44,512 nucleotides of DNA from Vulcanimicrobiaceae bacterium. Its GTDB lineage: Bacteria; Vulcanimicrobiota; Vulcanimicrobiia; Vulcanimicrobiales; Vulcanimicrobiaceae. The translations under genes and the position numbers were made by a program. Below are positions 5,879-14,931 of the stretch, piece after piece. The notes beneath the pieces are model-generated. The model was not told the DNA's origin, made no database searches, and worked only from the letters and a program-made list of their open reading frames with translations. The stretch's first letter is position 1, and each line of letters starts with the position of its first letter. The stretch lies in the NCBI GenBank assembly GCA_050733775.1, contig JBOHTT010000242.1, positions 1 to 44,512 of the forward strand, in the 5' to 3' direction.

Positions 5879-8800
5879 TTACCACTCCAGTTTTTCGAGT
5901 GCCCGGACGACGCAATGCGTGTCGCGCGTCAAGATGCCGATCGGTCCCCAGTAGTTGAACCCGTACGTCCACTGTCCGTAGCCGCCGGCTAATTGCAGCG
6001 GATTGATGCGTGTTCGCGTAAGGCTATTGTGACCGCCGGCGCGCCTGCCGCCGCGAATTTGCGACTTCGGCATCGAGATCGTGCGATCGGGGGCGTGATA
6101 GATCATGCACGTTCCCGGTTGCACGCGCGCGCTTACGGCTGCGCGCGTGACCATGACGCCGTTGTCGTTGTAGACCTCGACCCACTGATTGTCGACGATG
6201 CCGATCTTCGCCGCATCCTTGTCGTTGATCCAACACGGCTCCATGCCGCGCGACAGCGTGAGCATGCGGAGATTGTCGTAGTAGGTCGAGTGGATGTGCC
6301 ACTTGCCGTGCGGCGTGATGTAGTTCAGGATCAACGACCTGTCGTCGACAGGGCTGTTGACGATGTCGCCGGTCAAGTGCGGGTCGAGCTTCGGCTTGTA
6401 CGTCGGGAAGTTCTCGCCGAAGTCGATGTACCAAGGATGATCCATGTAGAACTGCTCGCGGCCGGTAACCGTGCGCCACGGGACGAGCATGTCGACGTTG
6501 ATGCACCACGCCGAGTACGCGCGGCCATCGTTGATCATGCCGGTCCAGCACGGACTGATGAGCAATCTGCGGACTTGCCTCGTAAGGTCTCCGAATGTCG
6601 TCCGGGCTCCGCGGATCCCCTCCGCAAGCTGCGTGAGCGGAAGCCCGGTGACGTGTTCCTCATGCTCGAAGCCGGAGTACGAGACGTCGCCGTTCGTTTC
6701 GGGCGCGAGGTGGAGGATCGTGTTGCAGACGTCGAGCGGATCGTCGAGGCTCGGGTACTTCTTCCCGTCCCACTCGACGCAACGCAGTTTGCGCGAATCG
6801 GGTGAGATCGAGACCGGCGCTTCGAGCATCTGATCGTAGAATTTTGCGACGTCGATTTGCACGCCGTTGAAGCTAATCCCGTCGGATTTGACGTTCGGTC
6901 CGAGTGTGATGTATTTGTTGTAGATTTGCCGATAGTCGCGCTCGAGGACGCGCAAGTGCGGCATCGTTTTGCCCGGAATCGCTTCGCACTGACCATCCCA
7001 CCAGTTGAGGACTTGCGGCTGCGCGCACTCATCCGGCGTGTCGTGCTGCAACGGGAACGAGTTGATGTCTTTAACCGGCGCGGGGAAGACGAGCGGCGCC
7101 AGCTCGCTCACCTTCTTGGCGAACGTCTTGAAGATGTCCCAATCGCTCTTCGACTCCCACACCGGCGGCACGGCTTGGCCGAGCGGGTGGATGAACGAGT
7201 GCAGGTCCGTGGAGTTCAGGTCGTTCTTCTCGTACCACATCGCCGTCGGCAGAACGATGTCGGAGTAGAGTGCCGACGTGTCCATGCGGAAATTGATGTC
7301 GACGACGAGATCGAACTTGCCGCGCGGCACGGGCTCGCGGAACTTCACGCGCTTGACTTTGTCCCGCGCATGCTCTTCGGCAACCGCGTTGTCGTGCGTG
7401 CCGAGGTAGTGCCGCAGGAAGAACTCGTGGCCTTTGGCGCTCGCCATGATGGCGTTGCCGCGCCAGATGAACCACACGCGCGGCCAGTTCTCGGGCGCGT
7501 CCGGATCTTCGACCGAGAATTTCAATTTGCCGGACTTGATTTGGTCGGTCGCCGCTTTGACGATGTCGGCGTCCGTCTTTGCACCGGATTCTTGCGTCTC
7601 ACGCACCCAATCCAGCGGGTTGCGGTTGAACGCAGGATAGTGCGGCATCCATCCGCGCTTCACGGAGTCGCAGAAGATGTCCATCGCATGGCCCTTTGCA
7701 AACTTCGCATCGGGCGGCACGGATGAATACTCCGTGAAGTCGCCTTCGTAGCGCCACATGTCGCCGTTTGTGTAGTGCCAAACCGGCGACTGCGTGCGGC
7801 GGGGTGGCTTCTGCCAGTCGAGCGCAAACGCAATTGCGGACCACGGAGCGGCCGGCGCAAGCTTTTCTTGGCCGACGTAGTGGTTCAGACCGCCGCCGTT
7901 GACGCCGCAGCAGCCCGTGAACATCATCGCCGTGATCGGTCCGCGATAGCTGAGACCGTTGTTGTACCAATGGTTGAGGCTGGCGCCGGTGATGCACATC
8001 GAGCGGCCGTTGGTGTGCTCGGCGTTGGTTGCGAACTCGCGCGCGAAGCGAATGACCGTGTCGCGGCCGATGCCGGTGTACTGCTCTTGCCAGGCCGGCG
8101 TGTACGGCATCTTTTCGTCGTTGTAATCCTTCGGATAATCGCCGGGCAGGCCGCGGCCGACGCCGAAGTGCGCGTTGAGCAGATCGAAGGTCGTCGTGAC
8201 GGGAATGCGTTGCCCGTCTTTCGTCTCGATGTACTTGATCGGCACGCCGCGCAAGGACGTCTTACGCGACGCGAACTCGAAGAATTCGACCTGCGCGACC
8301 TCGTCACTATTGTTGAGGAAGCTCAGTGCGGGATCGATCCGGCTTCCGTCCTTGCCGTCCTCGAGCTTGAGGTTCCACTGCCCGGCTTTCTTCTGCCATC
8401 GGTGACCGGCGAAGCCCATCGGCATCTTTGGCGCGCCGGTTTGCTGATCCCACATCAGCATCTTCCAATCGCCGAGCTCCTCGTCGGCGTACTTTGCGAT
8501 GCGGTTCGCGCGGAACAGTTGACCGGGTTTGAGACCCTTCGTGCCTTTCGTCAATTCGATCAGCAACGGCGCGTCGCTGTACTGCTTGACGTACTTGTCG
8601 AAGTACGGCACTTTACGATCGAAGTGATACTCTTTGAGGATAACGTGGTTAACTGCGACCCATAAGGCCGTGTCTTGGCCTGCTTTGATCGGGATCCACA
8701 TATCCGAGTACTTGGCAACTTGGTTGAAATCGGGCGAGATCACGACGAACTTCGAGCCGTTCGCGCGCGCCTCGGAAATGAAGTGCACGTCGGGCGTGCG

Positions 8801-9529
8801 CGTCATGTTCAGGTTCGCCGCGATCGACACGATATACGACGAGTTGTACCAGTCGGCACCCTCGCACACGTCGGTCTGGTCTCCCCACACTTCGGGGAAC
8901 GAATTCGGCAGATCGGCGTACCAATCGTAGAAGCTCATGTTCACGCCGCCGATGAGCTGCAGGAAGCGCGCGCCACCGGCGTACGATGCAAACGAGAACG
9001 CAGGGATCGGCGCGAAGCCCATGATGCGATCGGGGCCGTACGTCTTTGCGGTATATAATGAGGCGGCGGCGATTAGCTCGGTCGCCTCGTCCCACGTGCT
9101 GCGTCGATAGCCGCCCTTGCCGCGCGCGCGCTGCCAGCGCTTGCGCTTGGTCTCGTCTTGTACGAGCGAGCCCCAAGCCTCGATTGGGTTGTTGTGTTGA
9201 GATTTCGCTTGCCGCCAAAAATCGAGCAGCTTACCGCGAATGTACGGATACTTGACGCGAATGGGGCTATAGACGTACCACGACGCCGAAATGCCGCGCT
9301 GACATCCGCGTGGCTCGTACGGCGGAAGACCTTTTTCGAGCAGCGGATAGTCGGTCTGCTGCATCTCCCACGTGATGATGCCGTCCTTGACGTAGACCGC
9401 CCAAGAACAACCACCCGTGCAATTGACGCCGTGCGTGCTGCGCACGACCTGATCGTGCTGCCACCGGTTACGGTAGAATTCTTCCCAGCGACGAGACTTC
9501 GGATCGACCAGGTCCTGAATCCATCCCAT
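5879..9529 (-). CDS. narG: Respiratory nitrate reductase alpha-subunit-type molybdoenzyme (NarG/NxrA-like, DMSO-reductase family type II)
   Basis: 1216 aa. The N-terminus [43 protein letters not shown] carries the H-x3-C-x3-C FS0 motif, with EPRGC downstream. FYDWYADLP matches the E. coli region holding the Mo-ligand Asp. A GAGGA RBS lies upstream. Confidence 0.9.
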   Translation of the reverse strand: MGWIQDLVDPKSRRWEEFYRNRWQHDQVVRSTHGVNCTGGCSWAVYVKDGIITWEMQQTDYPLLEKGLPPYEPRGCQRGISASWYVYSPIRVKYPYIRGKLLDFWRQAKSQHNNPIEAWGSLVQDETKRKRWQRARGKGGYRRSTWDEATELIAAASLYTAKTYGPDRIMGFAPIPAFSFASYAGGARFLQLIGGVNMSFYDWYADLPNSFPEVWGDQTDVCEGADWYNSSYIVSIAANLNMTRTPDVHFISEARANGSKFVVISPDFNQVAKYSDMWIPIKAGQDTALWVAVNHVILKEYHFDRKVPYFDKYVKQYSDAPLLIELTKGTKGLKPGQLFRANRIAKYADEELGDWKMLMWDQQTGAPKMPMGFAGHRWQKKAGQWNLKLEDGKDGSRIDPALSFLNNSDEVAQVEFFEFASRKTSLRGVPIKYIETKDGQRIPVTTTFDLLNAHFGVGRGLPGDYPKDYNDEKMPYTPAWQEQYTGIGRDTVIRFAREFATNAEHTNGRSMCITGASLNHWYNNGLSYRGPITAMMFTGCCGVNGGGLNHYVGQEKLAPAAPWSAIAFALDWQKPPRRTQSPVWHYTNGDMWRYEGDFTEYSSVPPDAKFAKGHAMDIFCDSVKRGWMPHYPAFNRNPLDWVRETQESGAKTDADIVKAATDQIKSGKLKFSVEDPDAPENWPRVWFIWRGNAIMASAKGHEFFLRHYLGTHDNAVAEEHARDKVKRVKFREPVPRGKFDLVVDINFRMDTSALYSDIVLPTAMWYEKNDLNSTDLHSFIHPLGQAVPPVWESKSDWDIFKTFAKKVSELAPLVFPAPVKDINSFPLQHDTPDECAQPQVLNWWDGQCEAIPGKTMPHLRVLERDYRQIYNKYITLGPNVKSDGISFNGVQIDVAKFYDQMLEAPVSISPDSRKLRCVEWDGKKYPSLDDPLDVCNTILHLAPETNGDVSYSGFEHEEHVTGLPLTQLAEGIRGARTTFGDLTRQVRRLLISPCWTGMINDGRAYSAWCINVDMLVPWRTVTGREQFYMDHPWYIDFGENFPTYKPKLDPHLTGDIVNSPVDDRSLILNYITPHGKWHIHSTYYDNLRMLTLSRGMEPCWINDKDAAKIGIVDNQWVEVYNDNGVMVTRAAVSARVQPGTCMIYHAPDRTISMPKSQIRGGRRAGGHNSLTRTRINPLQLAGGYGQWTYGFNYWGPIGILTRDTHCVVRALEKLEW

Positions 9530-9581
9530 GTGCTTATCCTCATCAAATGGGGGCGCGGTAGGGAACCGAGACGGTCACCTA

Positions 9582-9630
9582 TGTTGACGTTTACTCTAAC
9601 ACGTAGTTTTATACAGTCAACAATGTTGAC
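9582..9630. promoter_or_regulatory. Candidate operator set in the narG / marR-like divergent intergenic region
   Basis: A perfect 7-1-7 palindrome gtcaaca-a-tgttgac lies at 9616-9630. An extra tgttgac half-site at 9582-9588 is 42 bp from the one at 9624. The region is locally AT-rich. Confidence 0.45.
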
Positions 9631-9679
9631 CATATAGCAGGCATGTCAGACGGAGGTTCCCTCTGGGTTCCGTGCCGAA

Positions 9680-10189
9680 GTGATGCTATGCGGAGGGCGA
9701 ACGATGCAGACGATGCAGACCCGCACCCGGCGCGCCAAACCCTCCGGCGATGGCGCGTTCGAACGTCACCGCGATACCAATTTGCGCCGGCTGCTTGTGG
9801 CCGCTACGCGGGCTCTCAACCGGCACATCACCCAGGAGCTCAACCGGCAAGGTTATCGGGACACCCGGCCGGGCCACGCCGCACTCCTTGCAAACCTCGA
9901 CCTCGCCGGTAACAGCGTGACCGAGGTCGCCGAGCGAGCGCAGATCTCCAAACAGGCCATGGCGCGGCTCGCCGTCGAGCTGGAAGACATGGGGATCATC
10001 TCACGACGCGTCGACGGCTCGGACAAACGCGCGCTCACGCTGTCGTTCACCAAACGCGGTCGCGATTTGATCAAGAGCACGGTGTCGATCGTCGACGAGA
10101 TCGAGCGCGAGCTCTCGCAAGCAATCGGCGACCGTTCGATGACGACGCTCAAGCGTAGCCTCGTAACCGTCGCAAAGCTCGATCGCTAG
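9680..10189 (+). CDS. MarR-family transcriptional regulator
   Basis: Winged-HTH pattern NSVTEVAERAQISKQAMARLAVELEDMGIISRRVDGSDKRALTLSFTKRG. The start is ambiguous: in-frame ATGs at 9680, 9683, 9704 and 9713. Confidence 0.8.
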   Translation: MMLCGGRTMQTMQTRTRRAKPSGDGAFERHRDTNLRRLLVAATRALNRHITQELNRQGYRDTRPGHAALLANLDLAGNSVTEVAERAQISKQAMARLAVELEDMGIISRRVDGSDKRALTLSFTKRGRDLIKSTVSIVDEIERELSQAIGDRSMTTLKRSLVTVAKLDR

Positions 10190-12339
10190 CCGGAAGCTCT
10201 TTCTCTTTTCGTAACCCGGTACACGGTGCGCACGCCCTTGACGCTCTCGAGCTTGCGCAACAGCTTGTGAAGCTGATCGAGATTTTCGATTTGCAGCGTC
10301 AGAGAGGTGATGGCGATGTCCTTTTTCACGCGCGCCGTCACCGACGATGCCGAGCTCTTCAGCTCGGCGCACACAGCCATGATGTCTTGCAGCAGACCGG
10401 CACGGTCGAGCGCTTCGACTTCGATATCGACCGCGTGCGTCGCCGTGATGTTCTCGGCCCAGCTAGCTTGCAATATGCGCTCCGGCTGCGCGTTCATGTA
10501 GGCGACGTTGGGGCAGTCCGCGCGATGGACCGACACGCCCTTGCCGATCGTCACGAATCCCATGATGGGATCGCCCGGAACCGGGCTGCAGCACTTCGAG
10601 AGCCGCACGAGCACGTCGTCGACGCCGGCGATGCGGATGCCGGAACTATTGCGCGCGACGCGTCGCGGCGCCGGGCGCGGTACCGTCGTGATGTCGACGA
10701 TATTCGAGCTTTTCAGCTCTTCGCTAAGACGCTGCGCGACCGACACCGCTGACGCATCGCCGAACCCCATCGCGGCGTAGAGATCGGCCGGCGTCGCATA
10801 GTTCATCTTGTGAGCGATGCGCTCGAGCGCTTCGCCACGCGCGGCGTCGGGACGAATGTGCTGGCGAACGAGCTCGGCTTCGAGCGCTTCCTGACCGGCC
10901 AGCACGTTCTCTTCCTTGCGCTCTTTGCGGAACCACTGCTTGATCTTGTGTTTGGCGCTCGACGTGCGAACGATGCCGAGCCAATCCAGCGACGGACGCG
11001 CGGCCTTCTGCGTGAGAATTTCACAGATGTCGCCGTTGCGAAGCTGGTAGTCCAGCGGAATGATCTTGCCGTTCACCTTTGCGCCGATGCAGCGATTGCC
11101 GACGTCGGTGTGGACGTGGTAGGCGAAATCGAGCGGCGTGGACGCGCTCGGCAGCGAGAACACGTCACCTTTGGGCGAGAAGATGAAAACCTGATTCTCG
11201 AACAGATCGAGCTTCAGGTTTTCCATGAACACCCGGGAATCGCGCGCGTCGCTTTGCCATTCGAGGAGCGAGCGCAGCCACGCGAGCTTGTTCTCAAACG
11301 TGTCTTGCTTGCCGCCCTCTTTATAGCGCCAGTGCGCCGCGATGCCGTACTCGGCGGTGCGGTGCATGTCCCACGTGCGAATCTGCACTTCGAGCGGATC
11401 GCCGCCGGGCCCCACGACCGTCGTATGCAACGACTGGTACATGTTCGGCTTCGGCATCGCGATGTAGTCTTTGAAGCGGCCCGGAATCGGCTTCCAGCGC
11501 GCGTGGACTTCACCGAGGGCGCCGTAGCAATCTTTGACCGAATCGACGATGAGGCGAACGGCCGTAAGATCGAAGATCGTCGCGAAATCGCGACCCTTCT
11601 TCATCTTATTGTAGATCGAATAGAAATGCTTGGGGCGCCCCGTCGTCTCGTTCTGGATGCCGACGTGATCGAGGCTTTCCCGCAGTACGGTAATGACGCT
11701 ACCGACGGCTTCTTCTCGTTCGCTCTTCCGCTTCGCGACGCGTTCGGCGATATCGCGATATGCATCGGGATCGAGGTAGCGCAGGCACAAATCTTCGAGC
11801 TCGGAACGGATTTTCCAAATACCGAGCCGATGCGCGATCGGTGCGTAGATCTCGAGCGTCTCGCGCGCAATGGCTTGACGCTTCTGCTCCGGCAAGCTCG
11901 AAAGCGTCCGCATGTTATGGAGGCGGTCGGCGAGCTTGATAATGATGACGCGGATGTCCTTTGCCATCGCCAGGAACATCTTGCGCAAATTCTCGACCTG
12001 CGCATCTTCCTTCGATTGATACGGAATGCGCGTCAGCTTCGTGACGCCTTCGACGAGGGTCGCGATCTCGGTGCCGAATTCGGCCGCGACTTGCTCGCTG
12101 GTGACGACGGTGTCCTCGACGACGTCGTGCAACAGGGCCGCCGCGATCGTTGCGCGGTCCAATTCCAGCTCCGCGAGCTCCTCCGCGACGGCGAGCGGGT
12201 GCTCGATGTATGCCTCGCCGGAGGCCCGCTCTTGGTCCCCGTGCGCCTGATCGGCCCAGTCGTAAACGCGCCGCAGCCACGCCCCGTCGAGGGACGTGTC
12301 ATAGGCCTGGACCTTACCGATCAGCGCTTCTATCGACAT
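10186..12339 (-). CDS. rel: Bifunctional (p)ppGpp synthetase/hydrolase (RelA/SpoT family)
   Basis: 717 aa with an HD hydrolase motif (HPLAVA...LLHDVVEDT), a RelA/SpoT synthetase region, a TGS region and a C-terminal ACT-like region. Confidence 0.92.
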   Translation of the reverse strand: MSIEALIGKVQAYDTSLDGAWLRRVYDWADQAHGDQERASGEAYIEHPLAVAEELAELELDRATIAAALLHDVVEDTVVTSEQVAAEFGTEIATLVEGVTKLTRIPYQSKEDAQVENLRKMFLAMAKDIRVIIIKLADRLHNMRTLSSLPEQKRQAIARETLEIYAPIAHRLGIWKIRSELEDLCLRYLDPDAYRDIAERVAKRKSEREEAVGSVITVLRESLDHVGIQNETTGRPKHFYSIYNKMKKGRDFATIFDLTAVRLIVDSVKDCYGALGEVHARWKPIPGRFKDYIAMPKPNMYQSLHTTVVGPGGDPLEVQIRTWDMHRTAEYGIAAHWRYKEGGKQDTFENKLAWLRSLLEWQSDARDSRVFMENLKLDLFENQVFIFSPKGDVFSLPSASTPLDFAYHVHTDVGNRCIGAKVNGKIIPLDYQLRNGDICEILTQKAARPSLDWLGIVRTSSAKHKIKQWFRKERKEENVLAGQEALEAELVRQHIRPDAARGEALERIAHKMNYATPADLYAAMGFGDASAVSVAQRLSEELKSSNIVDITTVPRPAPRRVARNSSGIRIAGVDDVLVRLSKCCSPVPGDPIMGFVTIGKGVSVHRADCPNVAYMNAQPERILQASWAENITATHAVDIEVEALDRAGLLQDIMAVCAELKSSASSVTARVKKDIAITSLTLQIENLDQLHKLLRKLESVKGVRTVYRVTKRERASG

Positions 12340-12397
12340 ACGCGTTAACGCTTATCTAAGCACAACCCGTCGTCGCCCGGAAAGGGTTAGGCCCGGC

Positions 12398-12919
12398 TTA
12401 GTACTTCATGAAGGCGGTGACCGAGTGCCGGCCCAGCGCCTTCCGGCCGGCCAGCGCCTCGAGCTCGATAAGGAAGGCAAACTCCACGATCTCGGCCCCG
12501 AGGCGCTCGACCAGGCGGCCGGTCGCCGCGGCGGTCCCGCCCGTCGCCAGCACGTCGTCGACGACGAGAACCCGCTTGCCGCGGCCCACCGCGTCGTCGT
12601 GGACCTCGAGCGAGTTGGTGCCGTACTCGAGGGCGTATTCCTCGGTCATTTTCGAACCCGGAAGCTTGCCCGGTTTGCGGACGGGGACGAAGCCGGCATC
12701 GAGCTCGTACGCGATCGGTGCAGCCAAAATATAGCCGCGGGCCTCGATACCGACCACGACGTCGATTCGCTCCTTTTGAAAGCGCTGCACGAAGAGGTCG
12801 ATCGTCGCGCGAAAGCCCTGCGGGTCTTTGATCAGCGGCGTGATGTCCCGGAATTGTATTCCGGGGATTGGGAAATCGGGGATCGTTCTTATCAACCCCT
12901 GGAGATCGGCGATTTGCAC
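12398..12919 (-). CDS. apt: Adenine phosphoribosyltransferase
   Basis: IPDFPIPGIQFRDITPL and the PRPP-binding motif VLVVDDVLATGGT. 173 aa, immediately downstream of rel. Confidence 0.9.
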   Translation of the reverse strand: MQIADLQGLIRTIPDFPIPGIQFRDITPLIKDPQGFRATIDLFVQRFQKERIDVVVGIEARGYILAAPIAYELDAGFVPVRKPGKLPGSKMTEEYALEYGTNSLEVHDDAVGRGKRVLVVDDVLATGGTAAATGRLVERLGAEIVEFAFLIELEALAGRKALGRHSVTAFMKY

Positions 12920-13033
12920 GCGCGGCGCTTCGCTCGATGTCCGAGAGAACCATTCGCCCGGGCCAGGCGTTTAAGAAAGCAGAGTCTCCCGGCACTGCGC
13001 CGCGTCGCGCACGCCGGGTAGAAAGGGATTGCT

Positions 13034-13336
13034 GTGAAGCTGAAGATGCTGACGACCGGCGTGTTGTGCGCCACGCTTGCAATCGGAACCGTATCGCCCG
13101 CGCTCGCCGACGGCGGCGCCGCCACGCGGAATTTTGTGCTTTTGGGCGCCGCAGCCGCGATCGGCATTACGAATTGGAATCACAAGCGGCATATCAAGCA
13201 AGAAGAGATGCACGAGCAGGGCCGGCGACAGGAAGCGTACCGCGAGTGGTATTACAAAAAATACGGCACGTACCCGACGGACGCACAATTTCACGACTGG
13301 TACGTGAAGACGTACGGGGTCCCGCCGTCTAACTAG
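13034..13336 (+). CDS. Small secreted/membrane protein with a tandem aromatic motif
   Basis: GTG start with AAGGGA upstream. Signal peptide ...SPALA-DG, a hydrophobic stretch, then REWYYKKYGTYP and HDWYVKTYGVPP. Confidence 0.55.
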   Translation: MKLKMLTTGVLCATLAIGTVSPALADGGAATRNFVLLGAAAAIGITNWNHKRHIKQEEMHEQGRRQEAYREWYYKKYGTYPTDAQFHDWYVKTYGVPPSN

Positions 13337-13342
13337 AATGGG

Positions 13343-14212
13343 TTGACCCTCGGGAACCCTGATCCTAAATATCGCCGTCGTCTCCTCATCGCGCTCGCCC
13401 TCGCAGTTGCTGTCCACGAGATTGTGATCGGAGCGGGCGGATTTTTGCGTTTTCCCGAAGCGCGCGAGCCGTCGTCGCCGCAGCGCGTGATCTTGATCGA
13501 GCGTCGCGTTGCGGTCGTGACGCCCGCGCCGACACCGACGCCGACCGCGCCCCCGCGCGTGACACCCGCACCGAAGCGTGCCGTCGCAGCACCGCGCGCG
13601 ACGATGCTTGCGCGTACGCGAAGCGGCGGCTCGCGCGGCGGACCAAAGCTGGAAATTCACACGCCGAAGCTCGTGCATCACAATACGCCGATGCCGGTCG
13701 TTCGCGCGACGGAACAACCGTCAAAGAAGCTGATCGCGCAGACGGGTAGCGGCGCAACGCCTGCGCCCGGAATCGGCAGCTCCTCGGGAATCGGAACGGG
13801 GCAAGGCGCAGGTGCCGGCAGCCAGCAAGGCCCCGGAGGCGGGACGGGCGGCACCGGAAGCGGTTCGCAAAATTCCGACGCGCCGTGCGGCGAGCCGCTC
13901 TTCTACGGCTTGCACGCACAGTTCAATCCCAAAGACGGCAGCTTTGATGAGGCGGTCCGGGTTCAACTGCGACTGTCCAACGGACAAACGGTCACCGGTG
14001 AGTTTCACTATCCGTGGCACTATGCAAGCGAGCGCGAAAACCCGTTCTCCCCGAACTACGGCGGCAGCCCCGACGACGCCATTCCCGCCAAACTTCCGCC
14101 GCCGGGCTTCGACCTCTCCAAGGAGCCGCTCGCGGTGCAGTTGACCTTGCAAAAGACCTTGCCGAACGGCAGGACGCTGTTCCAGCCTTGCCCGACCGCA
14201 AAGGTGCCGTAA
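13343..14212 (+). CDS. Membrane-anchored Pro-rich/Gly-rich protein with TonB-like layout
   Basis: N-terminal TM LLIALALAVAVHEIVIG, then a Pro-rich spacer TPAPTPTPTAPPRVTPAPKR, a Gly-rich tract and a ~110-aa C-terminal domain. The TTG start is uncertain. Confidence 0.5.
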   Translation: MTLGNPDPKYRRRLLIALALAVAVHEIVIGAGGFLRFPEAREPSSPQRVILIERRVAVVTPAPTPTPTAPPRVTPAPKRAVAAPRATMLARTRSGGSRGGPKLEIHTPKLVHHNTPMPVVRATEQPSKKLIAQTGSGATPAPGIGSSSGIGTGQGAGAGSQQGPGGGTGGTGSGSQNSDAPCGEPLFYGLHAQFNPKDGSFDEAVRVQLRLSNGQTVTGEFHYPWHYASERENPFSPNYGGSPDDAIPAKLPPPGFDLSKEPLAVQLTLQKTLPNGRTLFQPCPTAKVP

Positions 14213-14256
14213 AGCACACAGTCCCATACGCTTGCTTGCCGAAGATAGAGACTGAT

Positions 14257-14931
14257 ATGTTTGCGGACCTCATCGATTGGTTCGGCTCGCGCACCCAAGA
14301 AAAACGCGAAGCGCCACGGACGCGGCAGCCGTTCAAAGTCGCCTTTTCGACGAACGGCGTGACGTGGAATCAGGCCACGGGCATCGATATCGGGGTCGGC
14401 GGTATCTCCGTCTTATCGGCGCAGGGGTTTCACAAGACGGAGCTCGATTTCAAGCTGACGATCGAGCGCCGCGAAATCCCCTGCCGTGTCGCGGTCATTC
14501 GTCACGAAGGCGCGATCCAGCAAGGCAGAAAGCTGCACAAGTACGGCCTGAGGTTCGTCTCGATGAAAAAAGACGATCAGGACGCCGTGATGCGCTGGCT
14601 GCACGGCAAGCCGCTCGAGCCGGTCAATCGTGCCAAAGAAGAGCTGACGGCAGTTCGCATGGCGCCCGACGACGTCGCGCGGCTGTTTCCGAAAGCCGTG
14701 CAAGCGCGATTGCATGACGAGCTCATCAATCGGCACCGGCTCGCGCCGCACAAACACAAGCACGAACCGTTGGTTGCGTACTACTACGGTGGCGCGACGA
14801 TGGTCGCGGACAAACGGCTGCATCGGCTGACGATCGAATCGAAGGTCGTTCACCACGATCACACGGAAGCTCGATTCCGCACCCGTTTCGCATTCGACGA
14901 CAACGGAAGCGAGATTACGGTTCTAGACTAG
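14257..14931 (+). CDS. PilZ-domain protein (paralogue 1)
   Basis: REAPR (RxxxR) and DIGVGG (DxSxxG with Ser replaced by Gly). Its C-terminal half is homologous to the neighbouring gene. ATG 14257 is preferred over the 14014 extension, which overlaps the previous CDS. Confidence 0.7.
   Translation: MFADLIDWFGSRTQEKREAPRTRQPFKVAFSTNGVTWNQATGIDIGVGGISVLSAQGFHKTELDFKLTIERREIPCRVAVIRHEGAIQQGRKLHKYGLRFVSMKKDDQDAVMRWLHGKPLEPVNRAKEELTAVRMAPDDVARLFPKAVQARLHDELINRHRLAPHKHKHEPLVAYYYGGATMVADKRLHRLTIESKVVHHDHTEARFRTRFAFDDNGSEITVLD

Noticed and set aside
5993-8665. Several 120-300-aa ORFs in other frames across narG (for example 5993-6805, 6857-7726, 7775-8665)
   Set aside because: All overlap the motif-rich NarG frame and have Arg/Val/Asp-biased low-complexity composition, so they are treated as shadow ORFs.
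9582-9630. FNR/Dnr-type box in the narG promoter
   Set aside because: The palindrome is GTCAACA-N-TGTTGAC, with half-sites in the opposite order to TTGAT-N4-ATCAA. The TTGAC...GTCAA pair that does exist is about 30 nt apart. Neither is consistent with a CRP/FNR site.
9530-9680. Molybdenum-cofactor (Moco) riboswitch upstream of narG
   Set aside because: The leader is at most ~150 nt and shared with the marR-like promoter. Apart from a CCTCCG string, I could not recognise the multi-stem Moco motif by eye. A covariance-model scan (Rfam Moco_RNA_motif) would be needed, so no claim is made.
10810-12348. 512-aa ORF on the plus strand, antisense to rel
   Set aside because: It is Arg/Ala/Leu/Asp-rich with no recognisable motifs and is fully contained in the well-supported RelA/SpoT gene. 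This is a typical stop-poor shadow frame in high-GC DNA.
806-13880. Gly-rich tracts in three envelope proteins (806-870, 5299-5358, ~13740-13880) as a shared DNA repeat or mobile cassette
   Set aside because: The nucleotide sequences and the peptide periodicities (GPGSG vs GGGRG vs GxGxG/S) differ. The resemblance is compositional only.
14014-14256. Upstream extensions of real genes (14014 PilZ, 21832-22812 LytTR, 31308 aldolase, 32147 hydratase, 37029 permease, 18244-18651, 19103-19183)
   Set aside because: Each extension overlaps the preceding gene in another frame and is Arg/Ala/Pro-rich. In each case, homology starts at an internal start codon that forms a tight junction with the upstream stop.
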